Source: Candidatus Aldehydirespiratoraceae bacterium (lineage in GTDB: Bacteria; Actinomycetota; Acidimicrobiia; Acidimicrobiales; Aldehydirespiratoraceae). From it: a stretch of DNA of 64,000 nucleotides. The notes under the pieces were generated by a model. The model was given only the letters and a program-made list of their open reading frames with translations, was not told where the DNA came from and did not search any database. The position numbers and the translations under genes are program-made. Where the stretch lies: NCBI GenBank assembly GCA_965198315.1, contig OZ240616.1, positions 3,383,671-3,447,670 of the forward strand. Reading direction: 5' to 3'. This document shows, piece after piece, positions 46,915 to 58,131 of this stretch. Each line of letters starts with the position of its first letter. Positions within the stretch are counted from its first letter, which is position 1.

Positions 46915-49900
46915 GTGACGACAACCGACGCATCCTCCCAGCACGGCCCCAACGACTGGCTTATCGATGAAATGCGAGCGCGCTGGAACGCTGATCCCGC
47001 TTCGGTGGATCACGAATGGCGGGTCATTTTCGACGACGAGAACGGAACCCAAACAGCATCGACCCCACAAGCCAAGCCCCTCATCGACACCACCGCGAGC
47101 GACGTTACCCCCACCCCCACCCGACCAGCTCCCGCGGCTCCGGCCACGCCCGGCGCAAGCACAGCCACGCCCCCGCGACCCACAACCGCGGCTCCGGCCA
47201 CACCCGGCACAAGCACAACCCCACCCCCGCGACCCACAACCGCGGCTCCGGCCACACCCGGCACAAGCACAACCCCACCCCCGCGACCCACAACCGCGGC
47301 TCCGGCCACACCCGGCACAAGCACAACCACGCCCCCGCGACCCACAACCGCGGCTCCGGCCACACCCCCGCGACCCACTCCCGCGGCTCCGGCCACGCCC
47401 GGCGCAAGCACAGCCCCACCCCCGCGACCCACAACCGCGGCTCCGGCCACACCCGGCACAAGCACAACCGCGGCTCCGGCTACGCCCGGCGACAGCACAG
47501 AAAGCACAGTGATCAGGGGAGGCGGGGCCCGCATCGTGGCCAACATGGAAGCGTCGCTTGATGTGCCGACCGCAACCAGCTTCCGGGAGATCCCAGCAAA
47601 GCTCTTGGAGGTCAATCGCAAAATTATCAACGGCTATCTCGGACGAAAGATGGCCGACAAGATTTCGTTCACCCACTTGATCGGATACGCGGTCGTACGA
47701 GCGATCGCCGACGATTTCCCGGTGATGAACAACTCGTTCAGCCAGGGTCCGAAAGGCGAACCCGTACTGGTGCGCAACAAGCATGTGGCACTCGGTATCG
47801 CAGTCGATATCGCCAAGTCCGACGGATCTCGCACGCTCATGGTCCCCTGTATCAAAGAAGCCGACACTCTGACCTTTCGAGAATTTGCGACAAGATACGA
47901 AGACATTCTCAGACGGGTCCGCAACAACGAGATCAGCCCCGACGACCTCACCGGAACAACCGTTTCCCTCACCAATCCGGGGACCATCGGCACAGTGCAG
48001 TCCGTTCCCAGACTGATGCCCGGCCAGGGTCTCATAGTCGGTGTCGGCTCGATCTCGTATCCCACTGAGTTTGAGGCGGCAGATCCAGCCACGTTGGCCG
48101 ATCTCGGGCTTTCGAAGGTCGTCACAATCACCTCCACCTACGACCATCGGGTCATCCAGGGCGCCGAGTCAGGATTGTTCCTGCGCAAGGTTCATGACCT
48201 GTTGCTCGGCAGCGACGACTTCTACGTCAAAGTCTTCCAGTCCCTGGAAGTTCCCTATGAAGCGGTTAAATGGCGTCGGGACATCAACCCGATCGACCGT
48301 GAGGGATCCCTGCTTGAGAAGCAGGCCAAGGTCAACCAATTGATCAACATGTACCGGGTTCGCGGCCACCTCATCGCCGATCTGGACCCGCTCCAGGTCA
48401 AAGAGCCGAAGATGCACGCCGAGCTCGACCCCGCAACCTACGGTCTCACGATCTGGGACCTCGACCGCGAGTTCCTGACCGGGACCGACACGGGCATCTA
48501 TGCGATGGTCGGCGACACGGCGAAGATGGCGTTGGGCGACCTTCTGGGGGTCTTGCGCGACGCATACTGCCGAACCATCGGCGTCGAGTACATGCACATC
48601 CAGGACCCGGTGGAGAAGCGCTGGATGCAGGAGCAACTCGAAGGAGCCGACTCCCATATCGAGCCCGAAGAGCAACGCCACATCCTCAGTCGTCTCAACG
48701 CCGCTGAAGCGCTCGAAACCTTCCTCGGCACAAAATACGTGGGTCAGAAGCGCTTCGGCATCGAAGGAGCCGAAAGCACCATCCCGTTGGTCGACGCGGT
48801 GCTCGGCGCGGCGGCTGACAACAACCTGGCCGGCGCGGTGATGGGTATGGCCCACCGGGGTCGTCTGAATGTGCTGGTCAACATAGTCGGCAAGACCTAC
48901 AAGGAACTCTTCACAGAGTTCGAGGGGGGCGATATCGAGCAGATGACCCAAGGGTCCGGCGACGTCAAATACCACCTCGGCCAGAAGGGCACCTTCGTCA
49001 GCCGCAAAGGCAACGAACTCCCCCTCGAATTGGCCGCCAACCCGAGCCACCTCGAAGCCGTTGATCCGGTCGTGGTGGGTATGGCACGGGCGCAGATGGA
49101 CCTGATCGACCCCGAGAGCGGTTATGGCAAGTTCCCGGTCCTGCCGCTGTTGATCCACGGCGACGCAGCCTTCGCGGGGCAGGGGGTGGTCGCCGAGACC
49201 CTCAACCTCTCCCAGATTCAGGGGTACCGGGTAGGCGGCACGATCCACGTGATCATCAACAACCAACTCGGTTTCACAACCACGCCCGACGTAGCCCGCT
49301 CGTCCGAATACTCGACCGATGTGGCCAAAATGATCCAGGCGCCGATCTTCCATGTCAACGGCGACGACCCCGAAGCCTGCGTGCGCGTGGCCCGCCTGGC
49401 ATTCGCGTACCGCCAGCGGTTCAACAAGGACGTCGTCATCGACATGATCTGCTACCGACGCCACGGACACAACGAAGGAGACGACCCCAGCTACACACTC
49501 CCGGAGATGTACCGCCGTGTCGACGCCAGGCCCTCGGTACGGGCCCACTTCACCGAATCACTCACCAAGCGCGGAGACCTGACCCCGACACAAGCGGAAG
49601 AGGCCTTGGCGGACTTTCAAGCACGCCTGCAGTCGGCTCTCGACGAAACACGGGGGATGGCCTCGGACCCCGACGCGCGGGCAGCGCCCCCGCGACAGCC
49701 CGTCGGCGTTCTGCCCCACGTGCGAACCTCCATAGACCACGTCAGTGTGCAGCGGATCTACCGGGCGCTCTCGATCATGCCCGACGGGTTCACGCTCCAT
49801 CCCAAGCTCGCCCAGCAGTTCGAGAAGCGCGACGAGATGTTCTCATCGGGCGAGGTCGACTGGGCGTTGGCTGAAGCGATGGCCCTGGGTTCGCTTCTGC

Positions 49901-50880
49901 TGGAAGGCAACAGCATTCGACTGGCAGGCCAGGACTCCCGCCGCGGCACCTTCAGCCATCGCCACTCGACACTGGTCGACTACGAGACCAGCGCCGAGTA
50001 CGTACCACTGCGCACTCTTGCCGGCGGCGACACCCGACTGTGGATATACGACTCACTGCTCTCGGAATACGCTGCTCTGGGCTTCGAATACGGATACTCG
50101 ATCACCAACCGCGACGCGCTGGTCATGTGGGAGGCGCAGTTCGGCGATTTCGCCAACGGTGCCCAGATAATCATCGACCAGTTCATCGTCTCCGCGAAGG
50201 ACAAATGGGACGAGGAGACCGGCCTGGTCATGTTGTTGCCCCACGGTCTCGAGGGACAGGGACCGGAGCATTCCTCGGCTCGTGTCGAGCGTTACCTGTT
50301 GGCCGCTGCGGAGGACAATCTGCAGATCTGCAACGCCACGACAGCCGCTCAGTTCTTCCATCTGCTGCGCCGTCAAACGTTGCTCAATGTGCGAGTGCCG
50401 CTGATCGTGTTCACGCCCAAATCGTTGCTGCGGGCGCGTACCTCACGCTCACCGGTAGCGCACCTCTTGTCGGGAACCTTCGAGGAAGTTCTCAGTGACC
50501 CTGCCGATCCCGACCCCGCATCGGTGAAACGGGTGATTCTGGCCAGTGGCAAAGTTGCTTTCGATGCCATGGCACAGCGGGATCGCATGGGCGCGCCCGT
50601 AGCTATTATCCGAGTCGAACAACTCTACCCCTGGCCTTACGACGCCATCGCCGCGCAACTGGCCAAGTATGGGGCTGCCTCCGAGCTTGTCTGGCTGCAA
50701 GAAGAACCCGAGAACATGGGCCCCTGGAACGCCATCAAAGGGCGTATGTATGAAGCGCACGAACAGACGCACTCGATACGGCGGGTCAGCCGCTTCGAAT
50801 CCGGCAGCCCTGCTTGCGGAAGCATCAAGGTTCACGCTCAAGAGCATGCCGAACTGCTGCGAAACGCCCTCAGCTTCTGA
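46915..50880 (+). CDS. kgd: Multifunctional 2-oxoglutarate metabolism enzyme (Kgd/OdhA type: E2-like succinyltransferase domain fused to E1)
   Basis: GPNDWLIDEMRARWNADPASVD is a Kgd-like N-terminus, followed by a Pro-rich linker, an E2 catalytic block (TYDHRVIQGAESG) and an E1 ThDP region. GTG 46915 was chosen as the start; TACAAT at 46902-46907 lies 7 nt upstream, so the mRNA may be leaderless. The track start 46801 overlaps xthA. Confidence 0.9.
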   Translation: MTTTDASSQHGPNDWLIDEMRARWNADPASVDHEWRVIFDDENGTQTASTPQAKPLIDTTASDVTPTPTRPAPAAPATPGASTATPPRPTTAAPATPGTSTTPPPRPTTAAPATPGTSTTPPPRPTTAAPATPGTSTTTPPRPTTAAPATPPRPTPAAPATPGASTAPPPRPTTAAPATPGTSTTAAPATPGDSTESTVIRGGGARIVANMEASLDVPTATSFREIPAKLLEVNRKIINGYLGRKMADKISFTHLIGYAVVRAIADDFPVMNNSFSQGPKGEPVLVRNKHVALGIAVDIAKSDGSRTLMVPCIKEADTLTFREFATRYEDILRRVRNNEISPDDLTGTTVSLTNPGTIGTVQSVPRLMPGQGLIVGVGSISYPTEFEAADPATLADLGLSKVVTITSTYDHRVIQGAESGLFLRKVHDLLLGSDDFYVKVFQSLEVPYEAVKWRRDINPIDREGSLLEKQAKVNQLINMYRVRGHLIADLDPLQVKEPKMHAELDPATYGLTIWDLDREFLTGTDTGIYAMVGDTAKMALGDLLGVLRDAYCRTIGVEYMHIQDPVEKRWMQEQLEGADSHIEPEEQRHILSRLNAAEALETFLGTKYVGQKRFGIEGAESTIPLVDAVLGAAADNNLAGAVMGMAHRGRLNVLVNIVGKTYKELFTEFEGGDIEQMTQGSGDVKYHLGQKGTFVSRKGNELPLELAANPSHLEAVDPVVVGMARAQMDLIDPESGYGKFPVLPLLIHGDAAFAGQGVVAETLNLSQIQGYRVGGTIHVIINNQLGFTTTPDVARSSEYSTDVAKMIQAPIFHVNGDDPEACVRVARLAFAYRQRFNKDVVIDMICYRRHGHNEGDDPSYTLPEMYRRVDARPSVRAHFTESLTKRGDLTPTQAEEALADFQARLQSALDETRGMASDPDARAAPPRQPVGVLPHVRTSIDHVSVQRIYRALSIMPDGFTLHPKLAQQFEKRDEMFSSGEVDWALAEAMALGSLLLEGNSIRLAGQDSRRGTFSHRHSTLVDYETSAEYVPLRTLAGGDTRLWIYDSLLSEYAALGFEYGYSITNRDALVMWEAQFGDFANGAQIIIDQFIVSAKDKWDEETGLVMLLPHGLEGQGPEHSSARVERYLLAAAEDNLQICNATTAAQFFHLLRRQTLLNVRVPLIVFTPKSLLRARTSRSPVAHLLSGTFEEVLSDPADPDPASVKRVILASGKVAFDAMAQRDRMGAPVAIIRVEQLYPWPYDAIAAQLAKYGAASELVWLQEEPENMGPWNAIKGRMYEAHEQTHSIRRVSRFESGSPACGSIKVHAQEHAELLRNALSF
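47107..47500. repeat. Imperfect 54-bp tandem repeats encoding the Pro/Thr/Ala-rich Kgd linker
   Basis: Units ccgcgacccacaaccgcggctccggccacacccggcacaagcacaaccccaccc (PRPTTAAPATPGTSTTPP) repeat about 6 times with variants. Confidence 0.85.
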
Positions 50881-50952
50881 GTGACGGTGTTTCCGAGCCG
50901 AGGGCATCGACTCACCCGATCCAAGTCGACCTGCTGATAGATTTTTGGCGCT

Positions 50953-52659
<1,707 letters not shown>

Positions 52660-52684
52660 AACATCTGGACGACCTAGGGTCAAA

Positions 52685-53107
52685 GTGATGGAGGACATTT
52701 TTCCTGCGCGGGTGCTACCCAAGCTCGACCCGCAGAACCGGCAGTTCTGGACATCGGGTGAGGACGGCAAACTGCGAATTGAGCGCTGCAGCGAATGCGG
52801 CACCTGGATTCATCCTCCTGTCGGCACCTGTTTCTCATGTCACAGCAGTTCCGTCGAACCCACCGCCGTCAGTGGACGCGGCACGATCTACTCGTTCACC
52901 ATCAATCACCAGCCATGGTTCGGCGATATCGGACCGTATTGCGTGGTGCTCGTCGATCTCGAAGAGGGCAGCGATGCACAGCCCCTTCGCATCACTAGCA
53001 ACCTGATCGGAACCGACCCCGACGACGTAGCAATCGGCAGGCCTGTCGAAGTTTTCTTTCTCCACTGTGACGACGTTTGGCTACCGCAGTTCCGGGAGAT
53101 CCGATGA
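52685..53107 (+). CDS. Zn-ribbon/OB-fold protein (DUF35 family)
   Basis: CSECGTWIHPPVGTCFSC plus an OB-fold C-terminal part, coupled (ATGA) to a thiolase-like gene as is typical. Confidence 0.8.
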   Translation: MMEDIFPARVLPKLDPQNRQFWTSGEDGKLRIERCSECGTWIHPPVGTCFSCHSSSVEPTAVSGRGTIYSFTINHQPWFGDIGPYCVVLVDLEEGSDAQPLRITSNLIGTDPDDVAIGRPVEVFFLHCDDVWLPQFREIR

Positions 53108-54321
53108 CCCGGCGAATTGGCGAACGTGACAGCATCATCAGCGGCATCGGCCAGTCTGAGGTGGGACGACGCCTGAGTCGAACCGCAATGAGCCTCACCG
53201 TCGAAGCGTGTCTCGACGCAGTATCAGACGCTGGTCTGGCGATGAGCGACATCGATGGTCTCGCCTCTTACCCGGGTGGCGCCATGGACGGATTGACGCC
53301 GGGTTTCGCCGGACCCGGCACCGACGCAGTGCAGGATGCTCTGCGCCTTGATCTGAATTGGCACAGTGCCGGCCCCGAGGGTCCCGCTCAGATCCAAGCA
53401 GTGATCAACGCTGCCGTTGCGGTGTCGGCCGGGTTGGCTCGTCATGTGCTGGTGTACCGAACCGTCTGGGAGTCGACCGCGCAGGGCTCCGGAGGGCGCC
53501 AGGGTATAGGCGGCGGTGGCGGCGGCGGCGGAAGTAGCCCACGGCTCGGCGGAACCCTTCAGTATCTGCTTCCCTTCGGTGCTGTCTCGGCGGCCAACTG
53601 GCTGGCCATGAACGCTCAGCGCCACTTTCACACCTATGGCACTACTCGAGAGACGCTCGGGACAATCGCGCTCAACGCCCGCCGCAACGCCGGGCTCAAT
53701 CCCAAGGCGATCTTCCGCGATCAAATGACCATGGACGACTACCTGAACGCCCGAATCATCACCACACCACTGTGCCTGTTCGACTGTGACGTCCCCGTTG
53801 ACGGAGCGACAGCTTTCGTCGTTTCTCACCGCGACTACGCCACCGATGTGCCCGCCACCGCCGTCGGGATCAACGCTGTGGGCACCGCGATGCACGGACG
53901 GCCATCGTGGGATCAACGCCCGAACATGGAGGAATCTCCGCTACGCGCAGCAGCCGACGCTATGTGGCGCCGTACTGAATTGACCTGCTCCGATGTCGAC
54001 ACCGCGCAGTTGTACGACGGCTTCAGCATCATCACGCTCATGGCGATCGAAGCCCTGGGGTTTTGCGCCACCGGCGAATCCAAGGACTACCTCGAAGGCG
54101 GACACCGGATCTCTCTGGAGGGCGAACTTCCGCTCAACACCGCTGGTGGTCAGCTCTCCGCGGGCAGGTTGCACGGCTTCGGATTGTTGCACGAAGCCTG
54201 TGTCCAGTTGCGTGGCCAAGGCGGCGAACGCCAAGTCGAAGGCGAACCCGAGGTTGCGGTGGTCGCCAACGGAGGCGGCCCTATAGCCGGCACCATGCTC
54301 GTTACCCGCGGCGTCTCCTAG
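53104..54321 (+). CDS. Thiolase-like lipid-transfer protein (SCP-x-type thiolase family)
   Basis: Thiolase-fold layout with a C-terminal GGQLS.GRLHG...NGGG pattern. The start is corrected to ATG 53104. It contains an unusual GGGGGGGG insertion. Confidence 0.75.
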   Translation: MTRRIGERDSIISGIGQSEVGRRLSRTAMSLTVEACLDAVSDAGLAMSDIDGLASYPGGAMDGLTPGFAGPGTDAVQDALRLDLNWHSAGPEGPAQIQAVINAAVAVSAGLARHVLVYRTVWESTAQGSGGRQGIGGGGGGGGSSPRLGGTLQYLLPFGAVSAANWLAMNAQRHFHTYGTTRETLGTIALNARRNAGLNPKAIFRDQMTMDDYLNARIITTPLCLFDCDVPVDGATAFVVSHRDYATDVPATAVGINAVGTAMHGRPSWDQRPNMEESPLRAAADAMWRRTELTCSDVDTAQLYDGFSIITLMAIEALGFCATGESKDYLEGGHRISLEGELPLNTAGGQLSAGRLHGFGLLHEACVQLRGQGGERQVEGEPEVAVVANGGGPIAGTMLVTRGVS

Positions 54322-54350
54322 CCCGAGTTCGTTGGTTCAGCCGCCTCGGT

Positions 54351-55283
54351 TCACGTTCCGAACACGAAGTCTTCGATCAGCGCGGCCAGTTCCACTGGAG
54401 TGTCGCCTTGAACGCTGTGGCCAGCTTTCTCGACGTGTTCGATCCGGGCGGACGGACAGCGGCGCACCAGCTCAGCTTCATCCGCATCGTCCACAACAGA
54501 CTGCTCACGCATACCGCGTACAAGCATCAAAGGAACCGTCAAGTCCGATACCGAGTCCCAGAGGTTCCCGAACCTCGGGAAACGGTCGCCCTCACCGCCC
54601 GTCTCACTCGCACGGGTCTCACTCGCACGGAAGCGCGCATAACGCCACACCCATGAACCGTCAGGCCGCTGCTGCGCGTTGTGGAGGATGCCGCGGCGCA
54701 GAGACTCCACGGTTCTGGTCGGGTTGAACTCGATCGTCCGAGCCAGCAGGTCGTCGAAACTGTCGAAACTCTCCGGCCCGTCGATGAACGCTGCGATGTT
54801 GCTGCTCTTCTTCTCATCAACACCTGGAGTCACATCGACGAGCACAGCCTTGCGCACCAACTCAGGGGCCTGGTCGGCCAACGCCAACAAGGTCATGCCC
54901 CCCAGTGACATCCCGATCACCGCGCACGCGTCCGCGCCGAGGGCCCCGACGGCCACGGCGATGTCCGCCGCGTTGCCGAAAGCATCAGCGCTGTCCTTTC
55001 GTGCTGCCCCCGAATGTCCATGGCCTGGCAGGTCAAGGCAAACCAGCGGACGGTCCAGGGCCAGAGCAACTGTGTCCCAGGTGTGGGCATTCTGAGCCCC
55101 GCCGTGCAGGAAGACGAGTTCAGGCGGACTGTCGCCCCAGACCAGAGCGCTGATATGACGACCATCGTCCAGATCGACACGTTCCCGCCGCACAAGGGGC
55201 GGGCCTTCGTACGGCAACCCGAACTCAGAAGCGTTCTCGTGGAACATCGAGAACTCGTCGTAGGGGACCCGCTCAACGCTCAT
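54351..55283 (-). CDS. Alpha/beta hydrolase
   Basis: LVFLHGGAQNAHTWD and VIGMSLGG (GxSxG). Confidence 0.8.
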   Translation of the reverse strand: MSVERVPYDEFSMFHENASEFGLPYEGPPLVRRERVDLDDGRHISALVWGDSPPELVFLHGGAQNAHTWDTVALALDRPLVCLDLPGHGHSGAARKDSADAFGNAADIAVAVGALGADACAVIGMSLGGMTLLALADQAPELVRKAVLVDVTPGVDEKKSSNIAAFIDGPESFDSFDDLLARTIEFNPTRTVESLRRGILHNAQQRPDGSWVWRYARFRASETRASETGGEGDRFPRFGNLWDSVSDLTVPLMLVRGMREQSVVDDADEAELVRRCPSARIEHVEKAGHSVQGDTPVELAALIEDFVFGT

Positions 55284-55296
55284 AGAACTGTCCAGT

Positions 55297-55902
55297 CTAT
55301 TTGGTCACGCGGTCGAGCAGCGAGACCACGAGCGCAGCCACGGCCTCGGCGTCACCGTCGGTGGGGACGAGACGAAGTTCAGGATTCAAGGGCGGTTCAT
55401 AAGGATCGTCGATGCCGGTGAAACCACTGATCTCCCCCGCGCGGGCCTTGGCGTACAGCCCTTTGACATCGCGTTGCTCGCAGACGTCGATCGGCGTGTC
55501 CACGAACACTTCGACGAACGGGATCTCCGCTGCTTCATGGAGTGCGCGAGCATTGTTGCGGGCCGCACGATACGGCGACACCAGCGGGACCAGCGCAACC
55601 GCTCCCGCATCTGCCAGCAGACGACCGACTTCTGCGACCCTCCGCACGTTCTCGTCGCGGTCTGCAGCAGTGAATCCAAGACCGCGGTTGAGGCCGTGGC
55701 GGATGTTGTCGCCGTCCAGCACATAGGCGAGCCGGCCGGACTCGACCAGAATCCTCTCCACAGCGATCGCCACACTCGATTTTCCTGAACCCGACAGACC
55801 CGTGAACCACACGGTTGCACCGCGTTGACCCAGAGCGTTCCAACGCTGCGAACGCGAGAGATGCCCCTGATGCCAAACGATGTTGTCAGCGGACTCACTC
55901 AC
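55297..55902 (-). CDS. cysC: Adenylylsulfate kinase
   Basis: VWFTGLSGSGKSSVA P-loop; 201 aa. Confidence 0.92.
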   Translation of the reverse strand: MSESADNIVWHQGHLSRSQRWNALGQRGATVWFTGLSGSGKSSVAIAVERILVESGRLAYVLDGDNIRHGLNRGLGFTAADRDENVRRVAEVGRLLADAGAVALVPLVSPYRAARNNARALHEAAEIPFVEVFVDTPIDVCEQRDVKGLYAKARAGEISGFTGIDDPYEPPLNPELRLVPTDGDAEAVAALVVSLLDRVTK

Positions 55903-55949
55903 CCCGACACCGCCATTAGCAAGACACCGAACTCATAGGGACACCGTGC

Positions 55950-57209
55950 TCATGAAGACACCGAGCCCAGGATCATGCCCGCGCCCACGGTCACGTTGGT
56001 CGTCTCGTCGATCAGAACGAAACTGCCGGTCTGGCGATTCCGCCGGAACTCATCGAAGAACAGGGGCACCTGGCTGCGGATCCGAACCCGCCCGATCTCG
56101 TTGAGCGACAACTCAGAGGCGCTGTCGTCGCGGTGCAGGGTGTTGATGTCGAGCAAGTAGGTCAAGTCCTTGACGATGGCCTTGGTTGAGCGAGTGGTGT
56201 GCTTGATCTCGAACTTGCCGTTCGGATGCAACAAGACACGTTCGCTCATCCAGCAGACCATCGCATCGATGTCTTGAGCCACAGTCGGCTGATTGTTGGG
56301 GCGCACGATCATGTCGCCCCGGGAGATGTCGATCTCGTCGTTGAGCCGAATGGTGACCGCCATCGGTGAGAACGCCTCGGTGACCGGACCGTCGAACGTG
56401 TCGATGCTCTTGATGGTCGAGGAGAAACCCGACGCCAACACCGTCACCTCATCGCCGGTGCGCAGCACACCGCCCGCAACAGTCCCCGCATAGCCGCGGT
56501 AGTCGTGGTACTGATCGGACTGCGGGCGAATCACGTACTGAACCGGAAAGCGAGCATCGATGAGATTGCGGTCAGATGCAATGTGGACCTCCTCGAGGTG
56601 GTGCAGCAGCGATGGACCCTGATACCAGGCCATGCTTGCAGAGCGGTCGACAATGTTGTCCCCGTGCAGCGCCGACACCGGGATAAAAGTCAAGTCCGCG
56701 ATGTTGAGCTTGGCAGCGAAGTCTCGGAATTCATTTCTGAGGGCCTCGAAACGCTCCTGGTCATAATCGACAAGGTCCATTTTGTTGACCGCCAGAACCA
56801 GATGCGGGATCCGTAGCAGCGAAGCTAAAAAAGCGTGACGCTTCGATTGTTCCAGCACTCCTTTGCGGGCGTCGATCAGGACGATTGCGAGGTCGGCGGT
56901 GGAGGCGCCCGTCACCATGTTGCGGGTGTATTGAATGTGGCCCGGGGTATCGGCGATTATGAATTTGCGTCGTGGAGTCGAGAAGTAGCGGTAGGCGACA
57001 TCGATGGTGATGCCTTGTTCGCGTTCGGCTCGGAGGCCATCGGTAAGCAGCGCCAGGTTGGTGTATTCGGTACCCATCTGAACCGAGGCCCTCTCTACAG
57101 CCTCTATTTGGTCCTCGAAGATCGTTTTGGTGTCGTACAACAGGCGACCGATCAGTGTGGACTTACCGTCATCGACCGAGCCGGCGGTGGCGAAACGGAG
57201 CATCTCCAT
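55950..57209 (-). CDS. cysN: Sulfate adenylyltransferase subunit 1 (GTPase)
   Basis: LRFATAGSVDDGKSTLIGRLL, DTPGH and NKMD. Confidence 0.92.
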   Translation of the reverse strand: MEMLRFATAGSVDDGKSTLIGRLLYDTKTIFEDQIEAVERASVQMGTEYTNLALLTDGLRAEREQGITIDVAYRYFSTPRRKFIIADTPGHIQYTRNMVTGASTADLAIVLIDARKGVLEQSKRHAFLASLLRIPHLVLAVNKMDLVDYDQERFEALRNEFRDFAAKLNIADLTFIPVSALHGDNIVDRSASMAWYQGPSLLHHLEEVHIASDRNLIDARFPVQYVIRPQSDQYHDYRGYAGTVAGGVLRTGDEVTVLASGFSSTIKSIDTFDGPVTEAFSPMAVTIRLNDEIDISRGDMIVRPNNQPTVAQDIDAMVCWMSERVLLHPNGKFEIKHTTRSTKAIVKDLTYLLDINTLHRDDSASELSLNEIGRVRIRSQVPLFFDEFRRNRQTGSFVLIDETTNVTVGAGMILGSVSS

Positions 57210-58123
57210 CAGAAGTAGCCCTCTTTCTTGCGGTCTTCCATAGCCGCCTCGGACACTTTGTCATCCGCGCGCGTAGCGCCGCGCTCCGTGATGCGAGTCG
57301 CCGCCACTTCCTCGATGATCTTGTCGATTGTGTCGGCACTCGACTCCACGGCACCGGTGCAACTCATGTCTCCAACCGTGCGATACCTCACCGTCTCGGT
57401 GAAAGGTTCTTCGCCGTCCATCAAAGTGATATAGGGACCGGTCGACAACAGCATGAAATCGCGTTCAAACACTTCACGTTGGTGCGCGAAGTAAACCGAC
57501 GGAATCTCGATCTGTTCTTCTTTGATGTACTGCCAGATGTCGAGTTCGGTGTAGTTGCTGATCGGAAATACCCGGATGTGTTCACCAACCCGAATCCGAC
57601 CGTTGTAGAGACTCCAAAGCTCTGGGCGTTGATTCTTGGGGTCCCACTGGCCGAACTCGTCACGAAACGAGTACACGCGTTCTTTGGCCCGTGCTTTTTC
57701 TTCGTCTCGGCGAGCACCACCGAAAAGAGCATCGAAACGATGCTCTTCAATAGCGTCGAGCAGCACTGCGGTCTGCAACCGATTGCGGCTCGCTCTCGGG
57801 CCTGTCTCCTCCACGACCTTTCCGGCGTCAATTGCTTCTTGCACCGAGGCGACCACCAGCCGGACTCCCAGTTCGGCCACCCGTCGGTCCCGGAACTCAA
57901 GCACCTCAGCGAAGTTGTGGCCGGTGTCGACATGCATCACCACGAACGGCAGCTTCGCCGGCCAGAACGCCTTTCGCGCTATGTGCAACATGACGATGCT
58001 GTCCTTGCCGCCTGAGAACAAAAGGCAGGGATTCTCAAACTCCGCGGCCACCTCGCGGAAGATGTGAATCGATTCCGCTTCAAGTTGGCGAAGATGGGTG
58101 AGGTCAAAGGACATCGGCGCCAA
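57209..58123 (-). CDS. cysD: Sulfate adenylyltransferase subunit 2
   Basis: LLFSGGKDS PP-loop. The stop overlaps the cysN start by 1 nt. Confidence 0.92.
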   Translation of the reverse strand: MAPMSFDLTHLRQLEAESIHIFREVAAEFENPCLLFSGGKDSIVMLHIARKAFWPAKLPFVVMHVDTGHNFAEVLEFRDRRVAELGVRLVVASVQEAIDAGKVVEETGPRASRNRLQTAVLLDAIEEHRFDALFGGARRDEEKARAKERVYSFRDEFGQWDPKNQRPELWSLYNGRIRVGEHIRVFPISNYTELDIWQYIKEEQIEIPSVYFAHQREVFERDFMLLSTGPYITLMDGEEPFTETVRYRTVGDMSCTGAVESSADTIDKIIEEVAATRITERGATRADDKVSEAAMEDRKKEGYF

Positions 58124-58131
58124 TGTTACGG

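Noticed and set aside
46825-49548. Minus-strand ORFs 46825-48147 (440 aa) and 48169-49548 (459 aa), plus several repeat-derived ORFs at 46967-47630
   Set aside because: They are antisense or off-frame within kgd. The Cys/Gly/Arg repeats come from the 54-bp Pro-linker repeat read in other frames.
53510-53533. GGC/GGT run encoding GGGGGGGG inside the thiolase-like gene, considered as a slippage-prone frameshift site or pseudogene signal
   Set aside because: The reading frame is intact on both sides and thiolase-fold sequence continues, so it most likely encodes a surface loop insertion.
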